DNA of 64,000 nucleotides from an uncultured Planctomycetia bacterium (GTDB lineage Bacteria; Omnitrophota; Gorgyraeia; Tantalellales; Tantalellaceae): NCBI GenBank assembly GCA_964409365.1, contig CAYPCX010000001.1, positions 64,684 to 128,683 of the forward strand, read 5' to 3'. Shown piece by piece: positions 27,657 to 36,655 of this stretch (position 1 is its first letter; each line of letters starts with the position of its first letter). The notes under the pieces were generated by a model. It saw only the letters and a program-made list of their open reading frames with translations, ran no database searches and was not told where the DNA came from. The position numbers and the translations under genes were made by a program.

Positions 27657-29486
27657 ATGGGTAAAGACGCGACATATATACTTGGGATATCGGCTTTTTA
27701 TCATGACGCCGCGGCGGCGCTCGTCCGGGACGGGGATATAGTGGCCGCGGCCCAGGAAGAAAGGTTCACTCGTAAAAAGCACGACCCTTCCTTCCCGGAG
27801 AGGTCCATAGAGTATTGCCTGAAGGAAGCCGGAATAAAGATAAATGAGGTGGATATAATAGCGTTCTATGATAAACCGTTCCTCAAGTTCGAACGGCTCC
27901 TGGAGACATATCTCGCTTACGCCCCGTCGGGGATAAGGTCGTTCATATCGGCCATGCCTCCCTGGATAAAACAGAAGCTTTTTATCAGGGAACATATACA
28001 CAAGACGCTCGGTTACGACGGGAAAGTGATATTCCCGGAACACCATCACTCCCACGCGGCGAGCGCTTTTTATCCGTCGCCTTTCACTGAGGCCGCTATA
28101 CTTACGGTGGACGGGGTAGGCGAATGGGCGACGGCGAGCTTCGGTAAAGGCGCCGGCAACGGATTAGAGCTTTATAAAGAGATATGTTTCCCTCACTCGC
28201 TGGGTCTTCTGTATTCGGCTTTTACTTATTACTGCGGGTTCAAGGTAAATTCCGGCGAGTATAAATTAATGGGCCTTGCCCCGTACGGGGAGCCCAAGTA
28301 TGCCGATATCATACTGGACAAACTGATCGACTTGAAAAAGGACGGTTCCTTCAAGCTTGACCTCAGGTACTTCAACTATTGCGCGGGCCTGACGATGACG
28401 AATAACGCCTTCCATAAACTGTTCGGCGCCCCCCCGAGGAGACGCGAGAGCAAGCTTGAGCAAAAACACATGGACCTGGCCAGGTCCGTTCAGGTGGTCA
28501 CCGAAACGGCCATAATGAACATGGCCAGGCACCTTCAGAAAGAAACGGGCATGGAGAACCTGTGTCTGGCCGGCGGCGTGGCGTTGAACTGCGTGGCGAA
28601 CGGCAAGGTGTTGAGGGACGGTCCCTTCAGGAGGATATGGATACAGCCGGCGTCTTCCGACGCGGGCGGTGCCCTGGGGGCGGCGCTTATAGCGTGGCAC
28701 GAGTATCTTGGTAAGGAACGGCCGGTCGGGGGTGACAGGGACCTCCAGAAAGCCAGCCTGCTCGGGCCTTCTTTCTCCGAAGTGGAGATAGAAAAATACC
28801 TCATGGAAGAGGATATACCGTACGAGAAGCTCGACCGGGAAAAAATACCGGAGACGGTCGCGACCCTCATCGCCGAACAGAACGTGGTCGGGTGGTTCCA
28901 GGGAAGAATGGAGTTCGGCCCCCGCGCCCTGGGCGCAAGGAGCATAATCGGGGACCCGCGGTCGGAAAAGATGCAGTCGATAATCAACAGGAAGATAAAG
29001 TTCAGGGAGTCTTTCAGGCCGTTCGCTCCGAGCGTCCTCCTGGACCGGGCGGCGGAATATTTCAAGATAGACTGCGAGAGCCCGTACATGCTTCTGGTGT
29101 CTCCCGTGAAAGAGGATAAAAGGGAGAACGTGGAAGAGCAGAGCAGGTTATCGGGGCTCGAGAAGCTGCGGGTAAAACGGTCGGATATACCGGCCATAAC
29201 GCATGTGGATTATTCGGCGAGGGTCCAGACGGTAAAGAGGGAGGATAACCCGCTTTACTATGATATGATACGTAAATTTTGCGAGGACCACGGATGCCCG
29301 CTGGTGATAAACACCTCCTTCAATGTAAGGGGGGAGCCGATAGTTTGCGATCCTGAAGACGCCTACAGGTGTTTCATGAGGACGAACATGGACTACCTGG
29401 TAATGGGCGTTTTCCTGATAGACAAGAAAAAGCAGGACCCGGAAAAACTAAGGATAGAAGAGGTTGACGAGTTTGAACTGGATTAG
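27657..29486 (+). CDS. carbamoyltransferase, NodU/CmcH family
   Basis: N-terminal YcaO/Kae1-like ATPase fold (ILGISAFYHDAAAALVRDGDIVAAAQEERFTRKKHD) and the C-terminal carbamoyltransferase domain. 609 aa. Confidence 0.85.
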   Translation: MGKDATYILGISAFYHDAAAALVRDGDIVAAAQEERFTRKKHDPSFPERSIEYCLKEAGIKINEVDIIAFYDKPFLKFERLLETYLAYAPSGIRSFISAMPPWIKQKLFIREHIHKTLGYDGKVIFPEHHHSHAASAFYPSPFTEAAILTVDGVGEWATASFGKGAGNGLELYKEICFPHSLGLLYSAFTYYCGFKVNSGEYKLMGLAPYGEPKYADIILDKLIDLKKDGSFKLDLRYFNYCAGLTMTNNAFHKLFGAPPRRRESKLEQKHMDLARSVQVVTETAIMNMARHLQKETGMENLCLAGGVALNCVANGKVLRDGPFRRIWIQPASSDAGGALGAALIAWHEYLGKERPVGGDRDLQKASLLGPSFSEVEIEKYLMEEDIPYEKLDREKIPETVATLIAEQNVVGWFQGRMEFGPRALGARSIIGDPRSEKMQSIINRKIKFRESFRPFAPSVLLDRAAEYFKIDCESPYMLLVSPVKEDKRENVEEQSRLSGLEKLRVKRSDIPAITHVDYSARVQTVKREDNPLYYDMIRKFCEDHGCPLVINTSFNVRGEPIVCDPEDAYRCFMRTNMDYLVMGVFLIDKKKQDPEKLRIEEVDEFELD

Positions 29487-29499
29487 AGGGATGGGGACC

Positions 29500-29754
29500 G
29501 AGGTTCTGGGGACACGTCTGTGTAAACGAAATGTAGGATGACAAAATTGAGGTTCTGGGGACACATCTGTGTAAACGACATGTAGGATGACAAAACTGAG
29601 GTTCTGGGGACACGTCTGTGTAAACAACATGTAGGATGACAAAACTGAGGTTCTGGGGACACATCTGTGTAAACGACATGTAGGATGACAAAACTGAGGT
29701 TCTGGGGACACGTCTGTGTAAACGAAATGTAGACGATCAGACGTGTCCCCAGAA
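29500..29754. repeat. tandem array: 4 units of 49 bp, each carrying the left arm only, plus a fifth complete palindromic copy
   Basis: Units start at 29500, 29549, 29598, 29647 and 29696 (gaggttctggggacacRtctgtgtaaacgaMatgtaggatgacaaaaYt). The last unit ends cagacgtgtccccagaa. Confidence 0.9.
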
Positions 29755-29781
29755 TATATTTCTAGTCCAACGAGGGGTAAT

Positions 29782-30180
29782 ATGAGTGATATAACAACGA
29801 AAGAACTGAGGAAATTCGGGATAGTGCTCGGGCTAATCCTGGGCGCGTTCGGCCTTATACATTACCTGAAGCACCACGTGAACGCCTGGCCGTGGTTCTG
29901 GGGTTTCGCCGCCGCGGCGATCCTTGTGGCCCTTATCTATCCCGTGGCGCTAAGGCCCGTCTACAGGGTCTTCACTAAGGTGACGCACGCGATAGGATGG
30001 TTCAACACCAGGGTCATACTCATACTTTTGTATTATCTTCTACTCACCCCTATAGGCCTTATAATGAGGCTTTTCGGGAAGGAGCCGCTGGACAGGAAGA
30101 TCGAGAAAGAAAAGGAAAGTTACTGGATACAGAGGGCTGTCGTGAAAGCGGCCCCGGAAAGCCTGGAAAAACAGTTTTAG
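29782..30180 (+). CDS. small polytopic membrane protein, SxtJ-like (conserved partner of carbamoyltransferase genes)
   Basis: Three TM helices and a position directly after the carbamoyltransferase. Start moved to the ATG at 29782 (MSDITTKELRKFG); the 29743 start lies inside the palindromic element. Confidence 0.5.
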   Translation: MSDITTKELRKFGIVLGLILGAFGLIHYLKHHVNAWPWFWGFAAAAILVALIYPVALRPVYRVFTKVTHAIGWFNTRVILILLYYLLLTPIGLIMRLFGKEPLDRKIEKEKESYWIQRAVVKAAPESLEKQF

Positions 30181-30202
30181 TATGACGGGAAACGGGAATA
30201 GG

Positions 30203-30290
30203 ATGTTAGATGTTGGATGTTAGATGGAGGAGAAAAACATGTTTTTATCCGACGGCCTGAGACCTGAAACCTGAAACCTGGAACCTGAAT
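30203..30290. repeat. intergenic short tandem repeats (GATGTTAGAT and CCTGAAACCTG families) plus the 14-bp perfect palindrome AAAAACATGTTTTT (30233-30246)
   Basis: ggatgttagatgttggatgttagatgg...cctgagacctgaaacctgaaacctggaacctgaa. Confidence 0.8.
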
Positions 30291-30302
30291 AAGGAGAGAG
30301 TA

Positions 30303-30461
30303 ATGGGCAAGATGGCGATTTTAAAAGAATTCTGGGAATTTTTGAAACACAGGAAAAGGTGGTGGCTGCTGCCTATCGTGATAATGCTTTTACTCCTGGG
30401 ACTCCTGATAATATTCACCGAGTCTTCGACCGTGGCCCCGTTCATATATACCCTGTTCTGA
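30303..30461 (+). CDS. 52-aa single-TM protein, DUF5989/SxtK-like; too short for the supplied ORF track
   Basis: MGKMAILKEFWEFLKHRKRWWLLPIVIMLLLLGLLIIFTESSTVAPFIYTLF. GGAGAGAG RBS 8 nt upstream. Matches the conserved N-terminal EFW.FL..RK.WWL.PI signature of this family, which is found downstream of carbamoyltransferases. Confidence 0.6.
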   Translation: MGKMAILKEFWEFLKHRKRWWLLPIVIMLLLLGLLIIFTESSTVAPFIYTLF

Positions 30462-30492
30462 AAAAGTTCGAAGCGGAAGGTCCTCTTTTTCG

Positions 30493-31521
30493 ATGCGTAT
30501 CAGGAAACCGTTATTTGTTTTTCTATATTTGATCTTTCTCATCTTGTTGCTGGAAGTGTGGGCCAGGGCTTACTATGCCATGGAAAGGGGAGTGCCGTTC
30601 TTTTCTTCGGCCGCTGACCAGGTCTACATGTGGTACCCGGAACTGAAAAAGATGGACGGGTACGAGTATGACGAGGATAAGGTCAATATATTGCTCCTGG
30701 GAGGGTCCGCGCTGACAGAGGAGTGGGGGAAGGTCCCCCCTTATCTTTCGGAGGAGGCAGGGAGCGTTCTCGGTAAAGAGGCGAACATAGTCAACCTGGC
30801 GGCGCCGGCGCACAGCTCGCTTGACAGCTTATATAAATACCGCTGGGTGGGCGGAGAACGCTTTGACCTCGTGGTGTTCTATCACGGTATAAACGAGGTC
30901 AGGGCGAACAATGTGCCCGCGGAGTTGTGGAAGAACGACTATTCCCATTATTCCTGGTACGATGAAGTGAATTTTTTCTTCCGCCACGACTGGCTGCGCG
31001 GACAGCCTTTTGTGCTGCCGTATTTCGTAAAGCACCTTCTTGTCCAGCTTGACAGGGAGGTCATCCACAGGGGCAGGCATGTACCGACGCATTCACCGAA
31101 ACAGGAATGGCTGGAATGCGGCAAAGAGATAAAGACGAAGGCGAGTTTCGGTAACAATATCAGAAGAATAGCCGAAACGGCCAGGCGAAGAAAAGAACCC
31201 CTGATGGTCATGACGTTCGCCTACTTTTATCCCGAGGGGGATGAATATGACGAGGAGAGCCCGTATGTGAGTTTTACCCGGATCTGGGGCCTGCCCGAGA
31301 ACGTCATGCTCGGGATACGGGAGCATAACGAGGTGATAAGAAGAATAGCCCCCGATGCAGAATTCATATTACTGGACCAGCAGGAGCTTATGGGAGGAAA
31401 GAAAAGGAATTTTGAGGATATATGTCATTTTTCCGACGAGGGGAGCCGCGTTTTCGCCGGCAACGTGGTCGGGAAATACAGGGATATCTATCTTTTAAGG
31501 AAAGAAGAGGAAGAAAAATGA
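30493..31521 (+). CDS. membrane-anchored SGNH/GDSL-like hydrolase-fold protein (paralog 1 of 3)
   Basis: N-terminal TM helix ([22 protein letters not shown]), then [15 protein letters not shown]. Confidence 0.4.
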   Translation: MRIRKPLFVFLYLIFLILLLEVWARAYYAMERGVPFFSSAADQVYMWYPELKKMDGYEYDEDKVNILLLGGSALTEEWGKVPPYLSEEAGSVLGKEANIVNLAAPAHSSLDSLYKYRWVGGERFDLVVFYHGINEVRANNVPAELWKNDYSHYSWYDEVNFFFRHDWLRGQPFVLPYFVKHLLVQLDREVIHRGRHVPTHSPKQEWLECGKEIKTKASFGNNIRRIAETARRRKEPLMVMTFAYFYPEGDEYDEESPYVSFTRIWGLPENVMLGIREHNEVIRRIAPDAEFILLDQQELMGGKKRNFEDICHFSDEGSRVFAGNVVGKYRDIYLLRKEEEEK

Positions 31522-32450
31522 GAATACTTTTGACCGGAGTAGCCGGGTTTCTCGGCTCCCACCTGGCGGATAAGCTTCTGGAGAAGGGCTACCAGGTGAT
31601 GGGCATGGACAATCTCATTACGGGGAGACTGGAGAACATAGACCACTTGAGCGGAAATGCCGATTTTGAGTTCATAAAACACGACGTTTCGAAATATATA
31701 TACGTCAAGGGGAAGATCGATTACGTCGTGCACATGGCTTCCCCGGCCAGCCCGGTGGATTACCTGAACCACCCCATCAAGACACTGAAGGTAGGGTCGC
31801 TGGGAACGCATAATTCGCTGGGAGTGGCCAAGGCGCACGGCGCCAGGATGCTTCTGGCGTCCACCTCGGAGGTGTACGGGGACCCGCTGGTCAATCCCCA
31901 GCCGGAATCCTATTGGGGCAACGTCAACCCCATAGGCCCGCGCGGTGTGTATGACGAGGCCAAACGTTTCGCCGAAGCGATAGCGCTCGCGTACCACAGG
32001 GTGCACGGTGTGGACGTCAAGATAGCCAGGATATTCAATACTTACGGTGAACGCATGAGAAGCCACGATGGCAGGGTGGTGCCTAACTTCATAGACCAGG
32101 CACTCAAGAACGAACCGCTCACGGTCTTCGGGGACGGGTCGCAGACAAGGAGTTTCTGCTATGTATCCGACCTTATCGGGGGTCTTGTGAGGCTGATGGA
32201 ATCCGACACCAACGAACCGGTAAATCTCGGCAATCCCGCCGAGTTGAGCGTGCTGGATTTCGCGAAAAAGATAAAAGAGATAACCGGATGCAAAAGCGAT
32301 ATCGTGTTCGAGGCGCTGCCGGTGAATGACCCCAGGGTTAGAAGGCCTGACATCACTAAGGCCAAGAAGGAACTGGGATGGGAACCGAAGGTCGGCCTGG
32401 AGGAGGGGTTGAAAAGATCGATCGATTGGTGGAAAGAGAATTACTTCTAA
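31518..32450 (+). CDS. UDP-glucuronate decarboxylase (UDP-xylose synthase) family
   Basis: [36 protein letters not shown]...SEVYGDP...[13 protein letters not shown] overlap with the upstream stop. Confidence 0.8.
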   Translation: MRILLTGVAGFLGSHLADKLLEKGYQVMGMDNLITGRLENIDHLSGNADFEFIKHDVSKYIYVKGKIDYVVHMASPASPVDYLNHPIKTLKVGSLGTHNSLGVAKAHGARMLLASTSEVYGDPLVNPQPESYWGNVNPIGPRGVYDEAKRFAEAIALAYHRVHGVDVKIARIFNTYGERMRSHDGRVVPNFIDQALKNEPLTVFGDGSQTRSFCYVSDLIGGLVRLMESDTNEPVNLGNPAELSVLDFAKKIKEITGCKSDIVFEALPVNDPRVRRPDITKAKKELGWEPKVGLEEGLKRSIDWWKENYF

Positions 32451-32491
32451 CACTTGCAACTTGTGACTTGTGACTTGTAACTTGATACTTG
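32451..32491. repeat. intergenic short tandem repeat (ACTTGTGA family)
   Basis: cacttgcaacttgtgacttgtgacttgtaacttgatacttg. Confidence 0.8.
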
Positions 32492-32507
32492 TTAAGGAGG
32501 AGTGATC

Positions 32508-33503
32508 ATGGCTAAACAGAAGAAGGCGCTGATAACCGGCATTACCGGACAGGACGGCAGTTACCTGGCTGAATATCTGCTCGGGCAAGGGTACGAAGTG
32601 CACGGGATCATCAGGAGAGTGGCGCTCGAGGACCAGAAGCACAGGTTGTGGAGGATACGCAAGATAATGGACCGCATAAAACTTCACTGTGGTTCGCTCG
32701 AAAGTTACCCCAGCATTTTCAAGGTGGTGAGCGACATCAAACCCGATGAATGTTATCACCTGGCCGCGCAGAGCTTCGTGACGTATTCTTTCGAGGACGA
32801 GTTCTCGACGCTGAACGTTAATATAAACGGTACACATTACGTCCTTTCCTCGCTGAGGAACGCCTGGCCGAAGTGCAGGGTCTATTTCGCGGGATCCAGC
32901 GAGATGTTCGGCAAGGCGGAGGAGGTCCCCCAGTGCGAGACGACGAGGTTCCACCCGAGGTCCATATACGGTATCTCGAAGGTTGCCGGGTATGACCTGA
33001 CAAGGAACTATCGTGAGGCGTATGATATGTATGCCTGTAGCGGCATTATGTTTAACCATGAGTCCCCGCGCAGGGGGTTCGAGTTCGTCACGAGGAAGAT
33101 AACCTCAGCGGTGGCGCAAATAAAATTGGGTTATATGGACAGACTTTATCTTGGTAATCTTGACGCTAAAAGGGACTGGGGCCACGCGAAGGAGTATGTG
33201 AGGGCCATGCACGCGATGCTCAATTATACCCACCCCGAGGATTTCGTTGTGGCTACCGGAGAGTCCCATTCCGTAAAAGAGTTCGTTGAGGCCGCTTTCG
33301 CGGAACTTGACATGAACTGGCAGGATTATGTGGAGATCAAGGAAGAGTTGTACAGGCCGTCCGAAGTGGATATACTGGTCGGCGACGCTTCCAAGGCCAG
33401 AAAAGAGCTGGGGTGGCAGCATAAGATCTCTTTTGCGGAACTTGTCAGCGACATGGTAAAGAATGATTACGAGTTCTTCAAAAACAGCGGTAACAGGATA
33501 TGA
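32508..33503 (+). CDS. gmd: GDP-mannose 4,6-dehydratase
   Basis: KKALITGITGQDGSYLAEYLLGQGYEVHGIIRR and YGISK. AAGGAGGA RBS. Confidence 0.9.
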   Translation: MAKQKKALITGITGQDGSYLAEYLLGQGYEVHGIIRRVALEDQKHRLWRIRKIMDRIKLHCGSLESYPSIFKVVSDIKPDECYHLAAQSFVTYSFEDEFSTLNVNINGTHYVLSSLRNAWPKCRVYFAGSSEMFGKAEEVPQCETTRFHPRSIYGISKVAGYDLTRNYREAYDMYACSGIMFNHESPRRGFEFVTRKITSAVAQIKLGYMDRLYLGNLDAKRDWGHAKEYVRAMHAMLNYTHPEDFVVATGESHSVKEFVEAAFAELDMNWQDYVEIKEELYRPSEVDILVGDASKARKELGWQHKISFAELVSDMVKNDYEFFKNSGNRI

Positions 33504-33538
33504 CCAGAATGAAAAGATCAAAAGGAGAGGGAAAACAG

Positions 33539-34666
33539 ATGACGATACCTTTACTTGACCTGGGCGCCCAGTACAGGGCTATTAAGAAAGAGATAGACGA
33601 AGCGCTCATGCGCGTAGTGGAAAGCCAGTATTTCATACTGTCACAGGAAGTAGGCGCGTTGGAAAGGGAAATGGCCGATTATACCGGCGTGACCCACGCG
33701 GCGGGAGTGGCTTCCGGTACCGACGCCATCATACTCGCCCTCAGGGCGATAGGCGTGGGTGAAGGAGACCTGGTCATAACGACGCCTTTCACGTTCTTCG
33801 CGACCGCGGAATCGATCTCTGTCGTGGGCGCGCGGCCGGTGTTCGCCGATATAGACCGCCAGACGTATAATATCGACCCGGACAAGATAGTCAAGGTCCT
33901 TGAAGAGATGGACGCGGAAACCCGCAAAAAGGTCAAGGCGGTAATACCCGTGCATCTTTACGGGCAATGCGCCGATATGGACAGTATTATGGAAATAGCA
34001 GGAAAGTACGGATTGAAGGTCATAGAGGACTGTGCGCAGTCTATAGGCGCGGTCCATAACGGCAGGAAGGCCGGCAGTTTCGGCGTCGCGGGCTGCATGA
34101 GCTTCTTCCCGAGCAAGAACCTGGGCGGGTTCGGGGACGGCGGCATGGTGGTCTCTCCCGACCCGGCGCTGATCGATCGCGTTAAAAGGCTAAGGGTCCA
34201 CGGGAGCAGGGAACAGTATATCCATGAGAGCATAGGGTATAATTCACGCCTTGACAGCCTCCAGGCCGCGATACTCCGCGTTAAACTTAAAAAACTGGAT
34301 TCCTGGCTCGAGGGCAGGAGGCGGAACGCGAAGCGTTATGACGAAGCCTTCTCTCCGCTGGGGGTGCAGGTCCCGAAGGTCGCTGAAGGGAACGCGCATA
34401 CGTACCACCAGTACACCATAGCCGTAGACTCGAGAGATGAGCTTTTGCGTTACCTGAACGACAGAGGCGTGGCCGCGCGGGTCTATTATCCCGTACCGTT
34501 GCATCTCCAGCCATGTTACAGGGAGATGGGGTATTCGATAGGCAGTTTTCCGGTCTCCGAGATGACCGCGGAAAGGGTACTTTCCCTGCCGGTCTATCCG
34601 GAGCTGCCGGACGAAGATGTGAATTACGTCATCAAGACGGTAAATGACTTCATTTCAGGGAAGTGA
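33539..34666 (+). CDS. DegT/DnrJ/EryC1/StrS-family PLP aminotransferase; GDP-perosamine synthase-like by context
   Basis: MTIPLLDLGAQYRAIKKEIDEAL and the PLP-lysine region SFFPSKNLGGFGDGG. Directly downstream of gmd. Confidence 0.8.
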   Translation: MTIPLLDLGAQYRAIKKEIDEALMRVVESQYFILSQEVGALEREMADYTGVTHAAGVASGTDAIILALRAIGVGEGDLVITTPFTFFATAESISVVGARPVFADIDRQTYNIDPDKIVKVLEEMDAETRKKVKAVIPVHLYGQCADMDSIMEIAGKYGLKVIEDCAQSIGAVHNGRKAGSFGVAGCMSFFPSKNLGGFGDGGMVVSPDPALIDRVKRLRVHGSREQYIHESIGYNSRLDSLQAAILRVKLKKLDSWLEGRRRNAKRYDEAFSPLGVQVPKVAEGNAHTYHQYTIAVDSRDELLRYLNDRGVAARVYYPVPLHLQPCYREMGYSIGSFPVSEMTAERVLSLPVYPELPDEDVNYVIKTVNDFISGK

Positions 34667-35394
34667 AGATGTTCGAAAAAGTGTTCTTGTCAGTCGTGAT
34701 ACCGGCGTATAACGAGGAGATGAACATCTCCGACACGCTCGGTGATATAAAGGGATACCTGGACGGTAAGGACTTCACATACGAAGTGATAGTGATCGAC
34801 GACGGATCGGGCGACGACACGGTCATGAAGGCGCGCCGGTTCCGGGATAAACTGGATAACCTCAATGTGATAGAGAGCCGGCCGAACAGGGGCAAGGGAT
34901 ATGTGCTCAAGAAGGCCATCATGGAGGCCAGGGGCGATTATATCCTGTTCATGGATGCCGATAATTCAACATCCATCAGGGAAATGGATTCTTTTTTGCC
35001 TCTTTTCGAAAAAGGTTTTGACATATACATCGCCTCAAGAAGGATACCCGGAGCGCGGGTCTCCATGCCCGCGAGCCGTGAGGTGATGGGAAAGGTGTAC
35101 ATAACGCTCGCCAGGATGCTCCTGGGCGTGAAGGTGAGCGATGTGAACTGCGGGTTCAAGGTGTTCAGGCGCGAAGCGGCGAGGGAGGTCTTTTCCAGAC
35201 AGACCATGGATGACTGGAGTTTTGATGCGGAGGTACTGCATATCGCCGGGAAGAGAAAGTACAGTATAAGGGAGGTGCCCGTGAGGTGGGTCTATAAGGA
35301 CACGTCCAAGGTCAGGCCCCTGGCGGACGCTTTGAAGAGTTTCAAAAGCCTTTTCGCGATAAGGATGAAAGATCTCAAAGGGATATATGGGTAA
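34663..35394 (+). CDS. GT2 glycosyltransferase, polyprenyl-phosphate sugar synthase (DPM1/ArnC/GtrB)-like
   Basis: LSVVIPAYNEEMNI...VIVIDDGSGDDT...DAD. Confidence 0.8.
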   Translation: MKMFEKVFLSVVIPAYNEEMNISDTLGDIKGYLDGKDFTYEVIVIDDGSGDDTVMKARRFRDKLDNLNVIESRPNRGKGYVLKKAIMEARGDYILFMDADNSTSIREMDSFLPLFEKGFDIYIASRRIPGARVSMPASREVMGKVYITLARMLLGVKVSDVNCGFKVFRREAAREVFSRQTMDDWSFDAEVLHIAGKRKYSIREVPVRWVYKDTSKVRPLADALKSFKSLFAIRMKDLKGIYG

Positions 35395-35488
35395 GTATCG
35401 AGTATCGAGTGTCGAGTATCAAGGGTAAAGGAAAAAGGAAAAAGTAACAAGTAAAAAGTAACAAGGAACAAGGAAAAAGGGGAAAGGT
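35393..35488. repeat. intergenic short tandem repeats (GTATCGAGT, GGAAAAAG and GTAACAAG families)
   Basis: gtatcgagtatcgagtgtcgagtatcaagggtaaaggaaaaaggaaaaagtaacaagtaaaaagtaacaaggaacaaggaaaaagg. Confidence 0.8.
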
Positions 35489-35517
35489 GGCGGGTTTGAA
35501 CCTGCCTGTGTCTTAAG

Positions 35518-36213
35518 ATGATGGTGACGATAGTTCTGCCTACATATAACGAAAAAGACAATATCGTGGACCTTATAGCGGGGTTAAAAACCCATATAAT
35601 GATGCCCCTCGAGGTCCTGGTGGTGGATGACGATTCCCCGGACGGGACATGGAAGATCGTGGAGGACTGTAACGACCCCGCCGTTAAGGTCATAAGACGC
35701 TCAGAAAGGGGCCTGGCGACCGCGATCGACAGGGGTTTGAAAGAGGCGAAAGGCGATATCGTGGGGTGGATGGACGCCGATATGGGGATGCCCCCGTCGG
35801 CCTTGCCGGATATGCTGGAGGGTCTCAATGAATATGATATAGTTATCGGCTCGCGGTATTTGAGCGGGGCCGGTGACGACAGGGGTTTTTTCAGGGTGCT
35901 CACAAGCCGCGTGATAAATACTTTCGCGGGACTTCTTCTGGGTTTTGATATCAGGGACTATGACAGCGGTTTCATAGTGCTGAAAAGGAATGTCTTTGAC
36001 AAGGTGCCTTTTCCCTCGAGCGGTTACGGGGATTATTTCATAGAGTTCATATACAAGTGCAAAAGAGCGGGGTTCAGGATCAAGGAAGTGCCTTATGTTT
36101 TTCGTGAGAGGAAAAAAGGCAAGTCCAAGACGGCGCCGGGCCTGGTCGATTTTTTCCGCCTGGGCAGCGGCTATGTCGCGAGGATCATGCGGCTCAGGTT
36201 CTCGAAACAATGA
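35518..36213 (+). CDS. GT2 glycosyltransferase, DPM1-like
   Basis: VTIVLPTYNEKDNI...VVDDDSPDGT...DADMG. Confidence 0.8.
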   Translation: MMVTIVLPTYNEKDNIVDLIAGLKTHIMMPLEVLVVDDDSPDGTWKIVEDCNDPAVKVIRRSERGLATAIDRGLKEAKGDIVGWMDADMGMPPSALPDMLEGLNEYDIVIGSRYLSGAGDDRGFFRVLTSRVINTFAGLLLGFDIRDYDSGFIVLKRNVFDKVPFPSSGYGDYFIEFIYKCKRAGFRIKEVPYVFRERKKGKSKTAPGLVDFFRLGSGYVARIMRLRFSKQ

Positions 36214-36244
36214 CGTTCGGCAAAAGAAGAAAAGGCGGCAAAAA

Positions 36245-36655
36245 ATGATCGAATACATAAAGACTAAAAAAGGTGAGCTCATAGCGGTCGTGATAAGGAA
36301 GAAGGCCGACCCCAAGGGGATAGAGTTTTTCACTCCTCCCAGCTTTTCGCAGCAGGTGGGGCTCCTCAGGCATAAAAAGGGTTCCGTCGTGAAACCGCAC
36401 GTCCACAAGATGGTCAAGAGGGAGGTCACCGTTACGCAGGAGGTCCTGCACATCAAAAAAGGCAGGATCGCCGTGTTCCTTTATGACAAAAAAGGGAACA
36501 AGATCGCGAAACGTTTGCTCAAAACGGGAGATACGATAATACTGGGTAACGCCGGCCACGGCATCGAGGTGCTCGAGGAAAGCCTTATCCTGGAGATAAA
36601 GCAGGGGCCTTATGCCGGTGTGGACGATAAGAAATACATAAAGGATAAAGGATAA
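36245..36655 (+). CDS. small cupin, tentatively a sugar 3,4-ketoisomerase (FdtA/QdtA-like); C-terminal IKDKG encoded by a GGATAAAG repeat
   Basis: 136 aa with cupin motifs G(X)5HVH...E and G..GHG. Lies between a GT2 gene and a DegT aminotransferase, as FdtA does in dTDP-3-amino-sugar loci. Start moved from 36095 to the ATG at 36245. Confidence 0.4.
   Translation: MIEYIKTKKGELIAVVIRKKADPKGIEFFTPPSFSQQVGLLRHKKGSVVKPHVHKMVKREVTVTQEVLHIKKGRIAVFLYDKKGNKIAKRLLKTGDTIILGNAGHGIEVLEESLILEIKQGPYAGVDDKKYIKDKG

Noticed and set aside
29374..29711. Reverse-strand ORFs 29374..29691 and 29448..29711 from the six-frame track
   Set aside because: They lie entirely within the tandem repeat array. Their periodic peptide sequences (SPEPQFCHPTCRLHRCVPRTS repeated) are translation artefacts of the repeat.
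29500..29754. Possible CRISPR array (regularly spaced direct repeats)
   Set aside because: The whole 49-bp units are near-identical. The would-be spacers (gaMatgtaggatgacaaaaYt) are the same in every unit and no cas genes are in the window. This is a minisatellite of half-palindromes.
26658..29781. ORF-track starts at 26658 and 29743 (MSPEY...) for the epimerase and SxtJ-like genes
   Set aside because: These N-terminal extensions begin at the ATG inside the palindromic element's right arm. Conserved N-termini (MAKYLVTGGAGFIGS; MSDITTKELRKFG) and good RBS spacing support the downstream ATGs. In copy 1 the same ATG opens a 12-codon ORF ending in TGA, so it is not a consistent uORF.
36095..36244. 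Upstream extension of the cupin gene (ORF-track start 36095, MFFVRGKKASPRRRR...)
   Set aside because: The extension overlaps the 3' end of the preceding GT2 gene in another frame and is Arg/Ser-rich low complexity. The compact cupin begins at the ATG at 36245 (MIEYIKTKKGEL).
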